This document shows positions 46,030-55,779 of a stretch of 64,000 bases of DNA, in pieces. The notes under the pieces were generated by a model. The model was not told the DNA's origin and made no database searches. It saw only the letters and a program-made list of their open reading frames with translations. The translations under genes were made by a program, and so were the position numbers. Each line of letters begins with the position of its first letter. The stretch's first letter is position 1. The DNA comes from Boseongicola sp. (lineage in GTDB: Bacteria > Pseudomonadota > Alphaproteobacteria > Rhodobacterales > Rhodobacteraceae): positions 60,066 to 124,065 of the forward strand of contig JAPPCV010000011.1 of NCBI GenBank assembly GCA_028824715.1, written 5' to 3'.

Positions 46030-47520
46030 ATGGAACTGCTCGGCTCCGCAATCCTGATCCTTGCACGTTGGGACGTTGTTGCCGCCTTGCTGGTCGGTTC
46101 GGTCGGTGGCGTCATCATCGGCGCCATTCCCGGTGTCGGGGCGGCGGTGGCCATTGCCATTCTCTTGCCGGCCACTTTTTCGCTGGACCCCATCGTGGGG
46201 CTGTCCGCGTTGCTCGGCATTTACGGATCATCCATGTATGGCGGTGCCATTCCGGCGATTCTCATCAACACGCCCGGAACTGCCGTCAATGCCCTGACCA
46301 CGTACGAGGGCACGCCAATGACCGAACGTGGAGAGGCCCGACGCGCGTTGTCGCTGGCCTATTCCGCTTCCTTTTACGGCGCTGTCTTCTCGATAGTTTG
46401 CCTCATCCTCTTGTCCCCGGTCCTGGCGTGGATCGCACCGATGTTCGGAAGCCGGGAGATTTTTCTGGCGGCCTTGCTGGGGGTCATCCTCGTCGTCCTT
46501 GCACATCGAGGTCAAATCCTGCTTGCAGGCATGATGGCGGGATTCGGCATCTGGCTGAACACGATCGGGCTCGAGACGCTTCAATACTCGCAGCGATACA
46601 CCTTTGGGCAAACGTGGCTGTCAGGCGGCGTGGACCTCATCGTTGTCGTTCTGGGCCTCTTTGCCATCAGCCAGGCGTTTGTCCTGCTCGTCGAGCCTGA
46701 CAAGCGCGCCCATGCCGAGCCGATCACCGGGGGGCTGTTGTCGGGGTTCAAGGAACTGGCGGTCTACAAGCGCGTCGCCGCGGCTTCCGGCAGCTTTGGC
46801 GTAATGATGGGCATGATTCCGGGCGTGGGCGAGTTCACCGCCCAATTCCTCAGCTACACCTATGCGCAGAAGACCTCGAAAACCCCCGAGGCCTTCGGCA
46901 AGGGGTCGCCTGAAGGATTGATTGCCTCGGAGACGGCCAACAATGCAGTGCCGGCAGCGGCGATGATCCCGCTGCTTGCACTTGGCATTCCGGGCGAGGC
47001 GCTCACGGCGATGATGTTGTCCGTGTTCTATGTCCACAATGTCATTCCCGGACCTGGCCTGTTCCAGAACCAGCTGGACTTCGTCGTCGCAATTTACCTG
47101 GCGCTGCTTGTCCTGAATGTTCTGGTCCTGGTGTTCTTGCTGTTTTCGACGAACATCCTGCTGAAGGTCATCGAAATCCCGACCCGTTTCATCGGAATGG
47201 CCGTTCTGACGCTATCGTTTGTCGGGGTATATTCGCTGCGAAATTCCGCCATCGACTGCGCAATGGCGGCCGGGTTTGGAATCCTCGGATTCATCATGAA
47301 ACGGTTCAGCCTGCCGATTGTGCCGGTCATTCTCGGCATGGTGCTCGGCGGCATCATGGAAAACAAGCTTCGCACGTCGATGATGCGGGTAAAGACTCCG
47401 TTCGATTTCGTCGACCGCCCGATCGCGTTCCTGCTGTTCCTGATCATCATCATTGTCCTGGCAAGCCATGCCTTAGGCCTTTGGCGCGGTTTCAGATCGG
47501 CGCGGGAAAGCGGCCGATGA
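46030..47520 (+). CDS. tctA: TctA-family large permease subunit
   Basis: 496-aa polytopic protein with GVIIGAIPGVG and MIPGVGE repeats typical of TctA. Confidence 0.85.
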   Translation: MELLGSAILILARWDVVAALLVGSVGGVIIGAIPGVGAAVAIAILLPATFSLDPIVGLSALLGIYGSSMYGGAIPAILINTPGTAVNALTTYEGTPMTERGEARRALSLAYSASFYGAVFSIVCLILLSPVLAWIAPMFGSREIFLAALLGVILVVLAHRGQILLAGMMAGFGIWLNTIGLETLQYSQRYTFGQTWLSGGVDLIVVVLGLFAISQAFVLLVEPDKRAHAEPITGGLLSGFKELAVYKRVAAASGSFGVMMGMIPGVGEFTAQFLSYTYAQKTSKTPEAFGKGSPEGLIASETANNAVPAAAMIPLLALGIPGEALTAMMLSVFYVHNVIPGPGLFQNQLDFVVAIYLALLVLNVLVLVFLLFSTNILLKVIEIPTRFIGMAVLTLSFVGVYSLRNSAIDCAMAAGFGILGFIMKRFSLPIVPVILGMVLGGIMENKLRTSMMRVKTPFDFVDRPIAFLLFLIIIIVLASHALGLWRGFRSARESGR

Positions 47521-47598
47521 GAGCTCTCCCGGGCGAAGCCCAAGCCCAAACGCGGCCAATCGAGAGTCCTGAAACGAACGTGCCAGGAACAAGGGGCG

Positions 47599-48966
47599 AT
47601 GGAAGGAGGCCTCGTGAAGGACAGTAATTTCCTGAAGGAAAACAACGCCAAGCACCTGTGGCACCCAATGGCGCATCCGGCGGACATGCGTGCCAATGCG
47701 CCACAGATCCTGACCAGGGGATCAGGTGTGCGAATCACCGATCTTGATGGGCATGAAATCATTGATGCCGTCGGTGGACTTTGGAACGTGAACCTTGGCT
47801 ATTCCTGCGATGCCATCAAGGACGCCATGTACGCGCAACTCAACGCGCTGCCCTACTACTCGATCTTTCGTGGCACGACCAATGACGTTTCGATCGAACT
47901 TAGCTGGATGCTTCGCGAGTTCTTCGATCCGGATGGCCTTACCCGGGCGTTCTTTACGTCCGGCGGGTCCGACGGCGTTGAAATCGCGCTGCGTCTGGCG
48001 CGCCAGTATCACAAGTTGCGCGGGGAGGAAGGTCGGATCAAGTACTTCAGCCTGAAGAAGGGCTATCACGGAACGCACACTGGCGGAGCCTCGGTGAACG
48101 GCAATTCGTCCTTCCGGACGCAGTACGAGCCGCTGCTGGCCGGATGCCATCAGATGCCGTGCCCGTGGACCTATCGCAATCCCTTCAACGAAAGCGATCC
48201 CGAGAAGCTTGCCCAGCTTTGCCTGCAGGCCATCGAGGACGAAATCGCCTTCCAGCATCCGGCGACCATCGCGGCATTCATCATGGAGCCCATCCTCGGC
48301 GCCGGCGGCGTGATTGTTCCGCATGCCAGTTTCATGCCCGGCGTCCGCGAGATCTGCCGCAGCAACGGAATACTGCTGATCGCGGACGAGGTGATCACGG
48401 GATACGGGCGCGCCGGAAGCTGGTCGGGCTCGCGCCATTGGGGCGTCAGGCCGGACTTGGCGGTGACGGCCAAGGCGATTACCAACGGGTACTTTCCCTT
48501 CGGGGCGGTCATGGTGAGCGATCATGTGGCCGACGCGTTCGAGAGTGACGAAACGGGCCGCGCCTACATTGCTTCGGGGTACACCTGTTCAGGCCATCCC
48601 GTTGGTGCAGCGGCCGCAATCGCGACGCTCAAGGAAACCGTCAAGCTAAACGTCAAGGACAACGCCGCGATGCGCGGCACACAGCTCTTCGAGGGGCTCA
48701 AGGCGCTCAAGGACAGGCACAGCATCGTCGGAGACCTGCGCGGCGGCGAAGGCCTCATGACCGCGTTGGAGCTGGTCGGGGATCGCGAAACCAAGACGCC
48801 GATCGATCCTGAAACGGCCAAGCGGATTCATGACGCGACCTACGAAGATGGCGTCATTGTCCGCGTTTCCGGACCCAACATCCTTCTGTCGCCGCCGTTG
48901 GTCATTTCGGAAAGCGAGATCGAGGCGATCATCTCGGCGCTGGATACCGGCCTAGGTGCGGCCTGA
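47599..48966 (+). CDS. Class-III (omega) aminotransferase, PLP-dependent
   Basis: Motifs are HLWHPMAHP, SGGSDGVE and LIADEVITGYGRAG. Confidence 0.85.
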   Translation: MEGGLVKDSNFLKENNAKHLWHPMAHPADMRANAPQILTRGSGVRITDLDGHEIIDAVGGLWNVNLGYSCDAIKDAMYAQLNALPYYSIFRGTTNDVSIELSWMLREFFDPDGLTRAFFTSGGSDGVEIALRLARQYHKLRGEEGRIKYFSLKKGYHGTHTGGASVNGNSSFRTQYEPLLAGCHQMPCPWTYRNPFNESDPEKLAQLCLQAIEDEIAFQHPATIAAFIMEPILGAGGVIVPHASFMPGVREICRSNGILLIADEVITGYGRAGSWSGSRHWGVRPDLAVTAKAITNGYFPFGAVMVSDHVADAFESDETGRAYIASGYTCSGHPVGAAAAIATLKETVKLNVKDNAAMRGTQLFEGLKALKDRHSIVGDLRGGEGLMTALELVGDRETKTPIDPETAKRIHDATYEDGVIVRVSGPNILLSPPLVISESEIEAIISALDTGLGAA

Positions 48967-48987
48967 CGCCGGGACTGCAGGGTCATC

Positions 48988-51453
48988 ATGGCAGCCGTCC
49001 CCCCAACCCGAGCGCCAGTTGTCATCATCGGCGGTGGCGTCATTGGCGTCTCCACGCTTTATCATCTGGCCCATCGCGGCGTACCCGCCGTTCTTGTCGA
49101 ACGGCGCAAGATTGCCAGTGGCACGACCTGGCATGCCGCCGGAATCGTTGGCCAGCTTCGCGACAGCGCGGCCCAGACGGAACTGGGAAAATACACGGCC
49201 AGACTCTTCCGGGACCTTGAAGTCGAGACGGGTCAGGCGACGGGTTACAAGCAGAACGGAACGATCAACCTTGCACTGAGCGATGTGCGTCACGAGCAAT
49301 TGCTGCGCAGCAATGACCACGCGAACCGTGTCGGGATTCCATCCAGAATGATGCCCATCGAGGAGTTGTCGGAGCATTGGCCCGACCTCGTCACGGAAGA
49401 CGTGATTTCCGCCTTTCACGTGCCTTCGAACGGACAGGTCAACCCGCTGGATGTGACTGTCGCAATGCAAAAGGGGGCTAGGGCGCAGGGCGCGCAGGTG
49501 CTTGAGGCTACCAAGGCCGAGCGTCTGGAAATCCGTGAAGGAAGGGTCGTCGGTCTTGTCACGGACCGCGGGGCCATCGCAACGGACAAGATCCTGATGG
49601 CGGGCGGGATGTGGAGCCACCTGTTTGCCAAGTCGCATGGCATAACGGTTCCGCTCCATGCCTGCGAACACTTCTACATCGTGACGGAACCCGTCGAAGG
49701 TCTGCCGTCGACCCAACCGATCCTCAACATCAGCGAAGAGCGAACCTACTGGAAGGAGGATGCCGGCAAATTGCTGATCGGGGCGTTCGAGGCGCAGGGC
49801 AAGACGTGGGCCAAGGAGCAACCGATCCCCGAGAACTTCGAGTTCGACGAGCTTCCATTCGACATGGAGCATCTGGAGCCCGAACTGGAACGGATGTTCG
49901 CCCGGATGCCGTCGCTGGGCTCCATGGGAATTCAGACATTCTTTTGCGGACCAGAGAGCTTTACGCCGGATGGCCGCCCGTACCTGGGGCCGGTCCCTGA
50001 AGTGCAGGGCGTCTTTGTCGCGACGGGCATGAATTCCAACGGCATCCTCAACTCCGGCGGCATCGGGCTGACCATGGCGGAGTGGTTGATCGATGGCAGC
50101 CCGTCGCGATCAATGGGTCCGCTCCTGGCGACACGTGCACATCCCTTTCAGGCAAATACCCGGTACAATCAGGACAGGGCCGCCGAATCCGTGGGCTTTC
50201 ACTACGGACTGCACTGGCCCGGGCACCAGGTCTGCTCCGCCCGGGGCATCCGCCGCGTGCCGCTGCACGACAGGCTTGCGGCAGCCGGGGCGTGCTTCGC
50301 CGAGCGCGTCGGGTGGGAAGTCCCGATGTACTTTGGCACCGAGGGTGGAGGCTGGGTCGATGCGCCGTCCCTGCGTTGGAAGCCCTGGTCGCATTTCGTC
50401 CAGCAGGAATGCATCGCGGCGCGGGATGCGGCCGTTCTGGTCGATCAGTCCATGTACGCGAAGATCGTGGTGCAGGGCCCTGATGCGTGGCGCATTCTTG
50501 ATCGGGTCTGCGGCGCCCGGATGGATGTCGAACCCGGGGCTTCGGTGTATACGCAGTTTCTGAACCAAAGGGGCGGGATCGAGGCTGACGTCACCGTCAC
50601 CCGGCTGAGCAAGGACAGGTTCATCGTCGTCACCGGTCATCCAAGCCAGATTCGCGATCAGCACTATATCCGTCAGCATGCCGACGAAGGCATGTGCTTC
50701 GAGGTGTTCGACGCAACTTCGGCACATTGCCTGCTTGCGATTCATGGCCCGAAATCCCGCGAGATCCTGCAAAGTCTCAGCCTTGACGACTTCTCGAGTG
50801 AAGCGATTCCCTTCGGAGCCGTACGCGAGGTTGATCTGGCCTATGCCCGGGGATGGGTAGTCCGACGATCCTTCCTGGGCGAACTTGGCTACGAGTTGCT
50901 GTTCCCAACCGAGTTTGCAGCGGGGCTCTACGAGGCCATTTGCGAAGCCAGTCATCCGCATGGCCTGCGGCACATGGGGATGTTCGCGCTCAATGCCTGC
51001 CGGATCGAAAAGGGCTTTCGCCATTTCGGACACGACATCGGCGAAGACGATACACCGTACGAGACAGGCCTGGGCTTTGCCGTCGATCTCTCGAAGGATG
51101 AATTCATTGGCAGGGCGCGCCTGGCTGCACAGAAAGAAGCCGAAGCGCCGGCAACCAAGTGGCGGACCGTCTGCATCAAGGTTCCCGGCCTGACCGCCGA
51201 GGAAGGACCGTATCTCATCCAAAACGAACCCGTCTGGAAGGGCGGCGAGATCGTCGGTTTCGTGACGTCCGGCGATTGGGGCTTCCGGATCGAGGCCATG
51301 GTCGGACTGGCGAGTCTGCATTGCGGCGACGGGGTCAGCCAAGACTGGATCGATGCAGGAGGCTTCGAGGTCCAGATTGCCGGGGAAATGTATCCGCTGA
51401 AGGTTCAGCTGGCGCCGTTCTATGACCCAAGGGGCGAGATCATGCGGGGCTAG
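48988..51453 (+). CDS. FAD-dependent oxidoreductase fused to a GcvT-like folate-binding domain (dimethylglycine/sarcosine dehydrogenase-like)
   Basis: 821 aa. The N-terminus has VVIIGGGVIGVSTLYHLA and the C-terminal aminomethyltransferase-like half has GYELLFP. Confidence 0.85.
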   Translation: MAAVPPTRAPVVIIGGGVIGVSTLYHLAHRGVPAVLVERRKIASGTTWHAAGIVGQLRDSAAQTELGKYTARLFRDLEVETGQATGYKQNGTINLALSDVRHEQLLRSNDHANRVGIPSRMMPIEELSEHWPDLVTEDVISAFHVPSNGQVNPLDVTVAMQKGARAQGAQVLEATKAERLEIREGRVVGLVTDRGAIATDKILMAGGMWSHLFAKSHGITVPLHACEHFYIVTEPVEGLPSTQPILNISEERTYWKEDAGKLLIGAFEAQGKTWAKEQPIPENFEFDELPFDMEHLEPELERMFARMPSLGSMGIQTFFCGPESFTPDGRPYLGPVPEVQGVFVATGMNSNGILNSGGIGLTMAEWLIDGSPSRSMGPLLATRAHPFQANTRYNQDRAAESVGFHYGLHWPGHQVCSARGIRRVPLHDRLAAAGACFAERVGWEVPMYFGTEGGGWVDAPSLRWKPWSHFVQQECIAARDAAVLVDQSMYAKIVVQGPDAWRILDRVCGARMDVEPGASVYTQFLNQRGGIEADVTVTRLSKDRFIVVTGHPSQIRDQHYIRQHADEGMCFEVFDATSAHCLLAIHGPKSREILQSLSLDDFSSEAIPFGAVREVDLAYARGWVVRRSFLGELGYELLFPTEFAAGLYEAICEASHPHGLRHMGMFALNACRIEKGFRHFGHDIGEDDTPYETGLGFAVDLSKDEFIGRARLAAQKEAEAPATKWRTVCIKVPGLTAEEGPYLIQNEPVWKGGEIVGFVTSGDWGFRIEAMVGLASLHCGDGVSQDWIDAGGFEVQIAGEMYPLKVQLAPFYDPRGEIMRG

Positions 51454-51474
51454 ACCAGCAATTGGGAGGACAAG

Positions 51475-52713
51475 ATGAGTGACGCAAGGACAATTCTGGT
51501 GATCGGCACCTACGACACGAAGGATGCCGAACTGAATTTCGTGCGCGATCGCATCCGCGAGCTTGGCGGCAACGTGATCTCGATGGACGTGAGCGTTCTG
51601 GGTGATCCTGACGCTCCCACTGACATTTCAAAGCACGAGGTCGCCGCGGCCGCCGGCAAGACCATCCAGGACGCAATTGACAGCGGCGACGAGAACCACG
51701 CGATGCAGATCATGGCCGAGGGGGCCGCGAAACTGACAGCGGACCTTCAAGCGAGCGGCAGGATTCACGGGATGCTGGCGTTGGGCGGCACGATGGGCAC
51801 CGATCTTGCCCTTGACTGCGCGCGTGCCTTGCCGATCGGCGTGCCAAAATACGTGGTTTCGACCGTTGCCTTTTCCGCCCTGATCCCGCCGGAGCGTCTT
51901 TCGGCGGATATCCAGATGATCCTTTGGGCCGGCGGTCTCTACGGACTGAACGACATTTGCATGGCGACGCTCAGCCAGGCGGCAGGGGCGGTCTGGGGCG
52001 CTGCGCAGGCCGTGGTGGCGCCCGACCCGGACCGCCCGGTCATCGGCATGGTCAGCTTTGGGTCCTCGGCGTTGCAATACATGGTGCACCTGCGCCAGCC
52101 GCTGATCGACCGGGGGTTCTCGCTGGCGGTGTTTCACGGGACCGGCATGGGCGGCATGGCGATGGAGAGCCTTGCCGAACAGGGCTATTTCGCGTGTGTT
52201 CTGGAGCTTGCCGTGGCCGAGATCGGCAACTTGATGGTCGGATCCGTCGTCAATGCCGGCGCTCACCGGATGACCGCGGCGGGGCGTCGGGGCACGCCGA
52301 TCATAGCCGCGCCAGGATTCGGCGACATGATCGACTTTGCGGCCTGGCAACCGGTGCCCGCGCGCTTTCGTGACCGCCAGTATCACGCCCACAATCGCCT
52401 GATCGCTTCGGCCGCCCTCACCGCCGAGGAACGCTGCCACCTGGCCAGGGAGGTCGCGGGGCGACTCAAGAAGTCGAAAGGCCCAGTCCAGTTTGTGCTG
52501 CCGACCCATGGCATCCACGCTTGGGACACCGAAGGCATGCCTGCCCACGATCCCGAGGCGCTGGCAACGATGGTCGAGGCCTACAAGTCGGAGATGACCG
52601 CGCCCGTCGAGCTGACAGTGATGGATTGCCACATCAACGACCTGGCGTTTTCGGAGAAGGTCGTGGAAATCATCGACGGCTGGGTCGCTGACGGCACCAT
52701 CAGGATGGAGTGA
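51475..52713 (+). CDS. UPF0261 / Tm-1-like ATP-binding domain protein
   Basis: 412 aa. ILVIGTYDTKDAELNFVRDRI... and the overall pattern match my recollection of the UPF0261 family. Confidence 0.65.
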   Translation: MSDARTILVIGTYDTKDAELNFVRDRIRELGGNVISMDVSVLGDPDAPTDISKHEVAAAAGKTIQDAIDSGDENHAMQIMAEGAAKLTADLQASGRIHGMLALGGTMGTDLALDCARALPIGVPKYVVSTVAFSALIPPERLSADIQMILWAGGLYGLNDICMATLSQAAGAVWGAAQAVVAPDPDRPVIGMVSFGSSALQYMVHLRQPLIDRGFSLAVFHGTGMGGMAMESLAEQGYFACVLELAVAEIGNLMVGSVVNAGAHRMTAAGRRGTPIIAAPGFGDMIDFAAWQPVPARFRDRQYHAHNRLIASAALTAEERCHLAREVAGRLKKSKGPVQFVLPTHGIHAWDTEGMPAHDPEALATMVEAYKSEMTAPVELTVMDCHINDLAFSEKVVEIIDGWVADGTIRME

Positions 52714-52716
52714 ACC

Positions 52717-54756
52717 ATGGTGGATCAGCGATACCAGGTCTTGTTCGAACCGGTCCGGATCGGGCCGGTCACGGCGCCCAACCGGTTCTCGGTGGCGCCT
52801 TACGCCAATGGCAATTCCTACCTTCAGCCCAACGGCGCCATCGGCACCCGCGCGATGCGGGCCGAAGGCGGTTGGGGCATCGTGGGGATGCAACTGACCG
52901 AGATCGATCCGACGTCGGATCTCTCCGGCCTCCCATATGAACGCCTTTGGGACGACGGCGATGTCAAGGTGCACGCGCGCTCGGTTGAAAGGATCCATGA
53001 ACACGGGGCGCTGGCGTCGATCGAGCTTGGCCATACGGGACTGAGGTCGCGCGGCATCGAAAACGGCTACCCGATCCTTGGACCTTCGAGCATGCCATCG
53101 CTGAAGCCGGAAATGCCCTATTCGGCAAAGGCAATGGACAAGTCCGACATCCGGCGATTGCGAATGTCACACCGAGCTGCGATCGGGCGGGCAAAGAAGG
53201 CCGGCTACGACATCGCCTATGTCTATGCGGCGCATGACGCGTCGATCCTGTGGCACTTCCTGCAGCCGTGCTACAATCTCCGAACCGACGAATACGGCGG
53301 CTCCTTCGAGAATCGCCTGCGGCTTCTGCGCGAGGTCCTGGAGGACGCGCTGGACGAAGCTGCAGGCGACATGGCAATTGCCCTGCGCCTTGCGGTGCAC
53401 GAAGCAACGGGTCCCAGGCGCATCCAGTTCGACGGGGAAGGACGCGACGCGGTGGAAGCGCTGGCAGAATTGCCCGATCTCTGGGACGTCAACGTCTCGG
53501 GCTGGAGCGCAGACAGCAGCACATCGCGCTACGAGCAGGAGGGCTTTCAGGAAGACGTGACGAGTTTCGTCAAGCAGGTAACGCAAAAGCCTGTCCTGGG
53601 CGTCGGACGCTTCACGTCGCCCGATGCAATGGCAAGCCAGATCAGGCGCGGCGTGCTCGACATCGTCGGCAGTGCAAGGGCTTCCATCGCGGATCCCTTC
53701 TTGCCTGCCAAGGTCCGGGAGGGCCGGGTCGACGACATTCGCGAATGCATTGGGTGCAATGTGTGCGTATCGGTCGAAGTGTCCGGCATTCACGTGCGCT
53801 GTACCCAGAATCCCACCGTCTCCGAGGAGTGGCGCCGCGGCTGGCACCCTGAATTCGTGCCAAGATCGGAAGAGACAAGGAGTGTCCTGATCGTCGGAGG
53901 AGGTCCTGCCGGGCTGGAGGCGGCGCTGACGCTGGCGCGTGCAGGGCACGAGGTCACGGTCGCGGACAAGGCGCCGGAGATGGGCGGCCGGGTCGCGAAG
54001 GAAGCGGGAATCAAGAACCTGTCTGCCTGGGGTCGGGTGCGCGACTATCGGCTCTATCAGCTGCAACAGATGGCAAATGTCAGCCTGTTCCCGAACAGCG
54101 ACCTCGACGCGGACGGAATTGCGGAGTTCGACGCCGACGAAGTTCTCATTGGCACAGGCGCGCACTGGCTGGATGACGGGCGCGGTCGGTCCAACCTGAC
54201 GCCAATCGAGGGATTTGCAGGTCATGCACTGACCCCCGACGACATCCTGAAAGGGGCGGTGCCTCGTGGTAACGTCGTCATTTATGATGACGATCACTAT
54301 TACATGGGCAACGCGCTTGCGGCGCATCTCGCGGACAAGGGGCATGACATTCACATCGTGACCGGCGCGCCGACAATCGGCGGCTGGATGACGAGCACGC
54401 TCGAGCAACCAAGAATGATCGCGGAATTGAAGGCGTCCGGCGTGAGCATGCATCCAAATTCGACGGCCACGAGTTGGGAAAACGGCGCCCTGCACATCGT
54501 GCGATCGGATACCGGTGACCGGGTCGATCCGATTCTCGGGTCAACGCTGATATCCGTTACCAACCGGATGCCGGACGATGAACTGTCACGTGAGCTGCAC
54601 GGCCGCGACATCCCGCACCGCACAATCGGCGACGCCGAAGTTCCGGGAACGATCCAGGCCGCCGTCTATTCCGGCCATCGGCACGCCCGCGAACTTCTTG
54701 GCGGCGAACCCGAAGACCGCATATTCAAGCGCGAACGTCCGACACTCTTCATTTGA
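52717..54756 (+). CDS. Trimethylamine dehydrogenase-family iron-sulfur flavoprotein (OYE-like FMN domain, 4Fe-4S, ADP-binding domains)
   Basis: Collinear with TMADH as I recall it: LFEPVRIGPVTAPNRF, RAEGGWG, PVLGVGRFTSPD, ADPFLPAKVREGRVDDIRECIGCNVC...CTQN and LIVGGGPAGLEAA. Confidence 0.85.
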   Translation: MVDQRYQVLFEPVRIGPVTAPNRFSVAPYANGNSYLQPNGAIGTRAMRAEGGWGIVGMQLTEIDPTSDLSGLPYERLWDDGDVKVHARSVERIHEHGALASIELGHTGLRSRGIENGYPILGPSSMPSLKPEMPYSAKAMDKSDIRRLRMSHRAAIGRAKKAGYDIAYVYAAHDASILWHFLQPCYNLRTDEYGGSFENRLRLLREVLEDALDEAAGDMAIALRLAVHEATGPRRIQFDGEGRDAVEALAELPDLWDVNVSGWSADSSTSRYEQEGFQEDVTSFVKQVTQKPVLGVGRFTSPDAMASQIRRGVLDIVGSARASIADPFLPAKVREGRVDDIRECIGCNVCVSVEVSGIHVRCTQNPTVSEEWRRGWHPEFVPRSEETRSVLIVGGGPAGLEAALTLARAGHEVTVADKAPEMGGRVAKEAGIKNLSAWGRVRDYRLYQLQQMANVSLFPNSDLDADGIAEFDADEVLIGTGAHWLDDGRGRSNLTPIEGFAGHALTPDDILKGAVPRGNVVIYDDDHYYMGNALAAHLADKGHDIHIVTGAPTIGGWMTSTLEQPRMIAELKASGVSMHPNSTATSWENGALHIVRSDTGDRVDPILGSTLISVTNRMPDDELSRELHGRDIPHRTIGDAEVPGTIQAAVYSGHRHARELLGGEPEDRIFKRERPTLFI

Positions 54757-55099
54757 GAATGCCGTTCCCCTTCTCTTTTGGCGAGCGAACAGGATGCCGG
54801 GATTGATCTCTGCAAGGGCCGGCCCGGGGATGGCGGCGTCCTCGTCCGCGTCGTGTCCACGAAGCCCCGTCTCGGTTTCGAAGTGCGCAATCCGGAACCC
54901 GACCCGCGCCTTTCGGGATCCAGGATCATGCCCCTGATCGGTCGCCTCGGCCGGACCCCGGCAGTTCGGCGTCGGACCACATGCCATCGAAATCCCAGGG
55001 CCGTCGCGCAACGGTTCGCCAATGAACAATTGGAAAGACCACCTGGAACCGCCGAGTTCAATTCGCGTTTCGATCAAGCCTGGATCGGGCAGTGCAGGA

Positions 55100-55735
55100 T
55101 CAGGATCTGTGGCGTCGCCACGTCTCGATCATCCAGCCGAGCATGATCGCGTTCAACAGGTGCCAGACGAAGTGCGTTCCCAGCGGGAAAGCCGCGCAGA
55201 ACAGTTCGTCCACGGACCTGGCCGCCAGCGAAACGCAAAGGATCCCCGCGCCGACCGCAAGGTTGCGGGACGTCACCGGGGAGGACCGCAGCAACAGCGC
55301 CGAGTAGGCGAGGATGAGAAGGGGCAGGGGCCAATAGAAGCTCGATATCGCGAAGAACGGCAGCGTTTCGAAGGCCCGCGTCAGGACCAGGGAATATGGC
55401 AGGAAGGCCAAGGTGCCGAGCCCTGAAATCCAGATCGGCCAGCCCATGAAGTCGCGGTTCGCAAGATAGAGATAGGCCAACGTGAACAGCACGATCGCCG
55501 CGACGTCAGCGAGCGCGGCCCATCCCGTTGCAAGGGTGTGGAACAGTCCGGAGCCGACACCGATCAGGAAGAGCAGCGCCGACAGCGTCTGTCCGGCCGG
55601 CATGCCGCGCGTTCGCGCCCACATCACGATTGCGGCAACGAGGAAGGCCAGGTTGGTGGCTGCGTTGACAGGTTCGGACCAGAACGCGGGATCCGTCCGT
55701 TCGCAATATCCGTCGATTGTGCCTGTCCAGTCCAT
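55100..55735 (-). CDS. Ceramidase-like (alkaline ceramidase/PAQR-type) integral membrane protein
   Basis: 211 aa and about 7 TM. Motifs are IDGYCERTDPAFWSEPVNAATNLAF and THFVWHLL. Confidence 0.6.
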   Translation of the reverse strand: MDWTGTIDGYCERTDPAFWSEPVNAATNLAFLVAAIVMWARTRGMPAGQTLSALLFLIGVGSGLFHTLATGWAALADVAAIVLFTLAYLYLANRDFMGWPIWISGLGTLAFLPYSLVLTRAFETLPFFAISSFYWPLPLLILAYSALLLRSSPVTSRNLAVGAGILCVSLAARSVDELFCAAFPLGTHFVWHLLNAIMLGWMIETWRRHRS

Positions 55736-55779
55736 TCCGTCTCCTGTTATCCTGAATCAAGGCAACATGGGAGGCACAA

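Noticed and set aside
54586-55077. 163-aa minus-strand ORF in the gap between the TMADH-like and ceramidase-like genes
   Set aside because: It would overlap the 3' end of the TMADH-like gene by about 170 nt. Third-position GC is only moderate and there are no motifs. It may be a remnant but cannot be supported.
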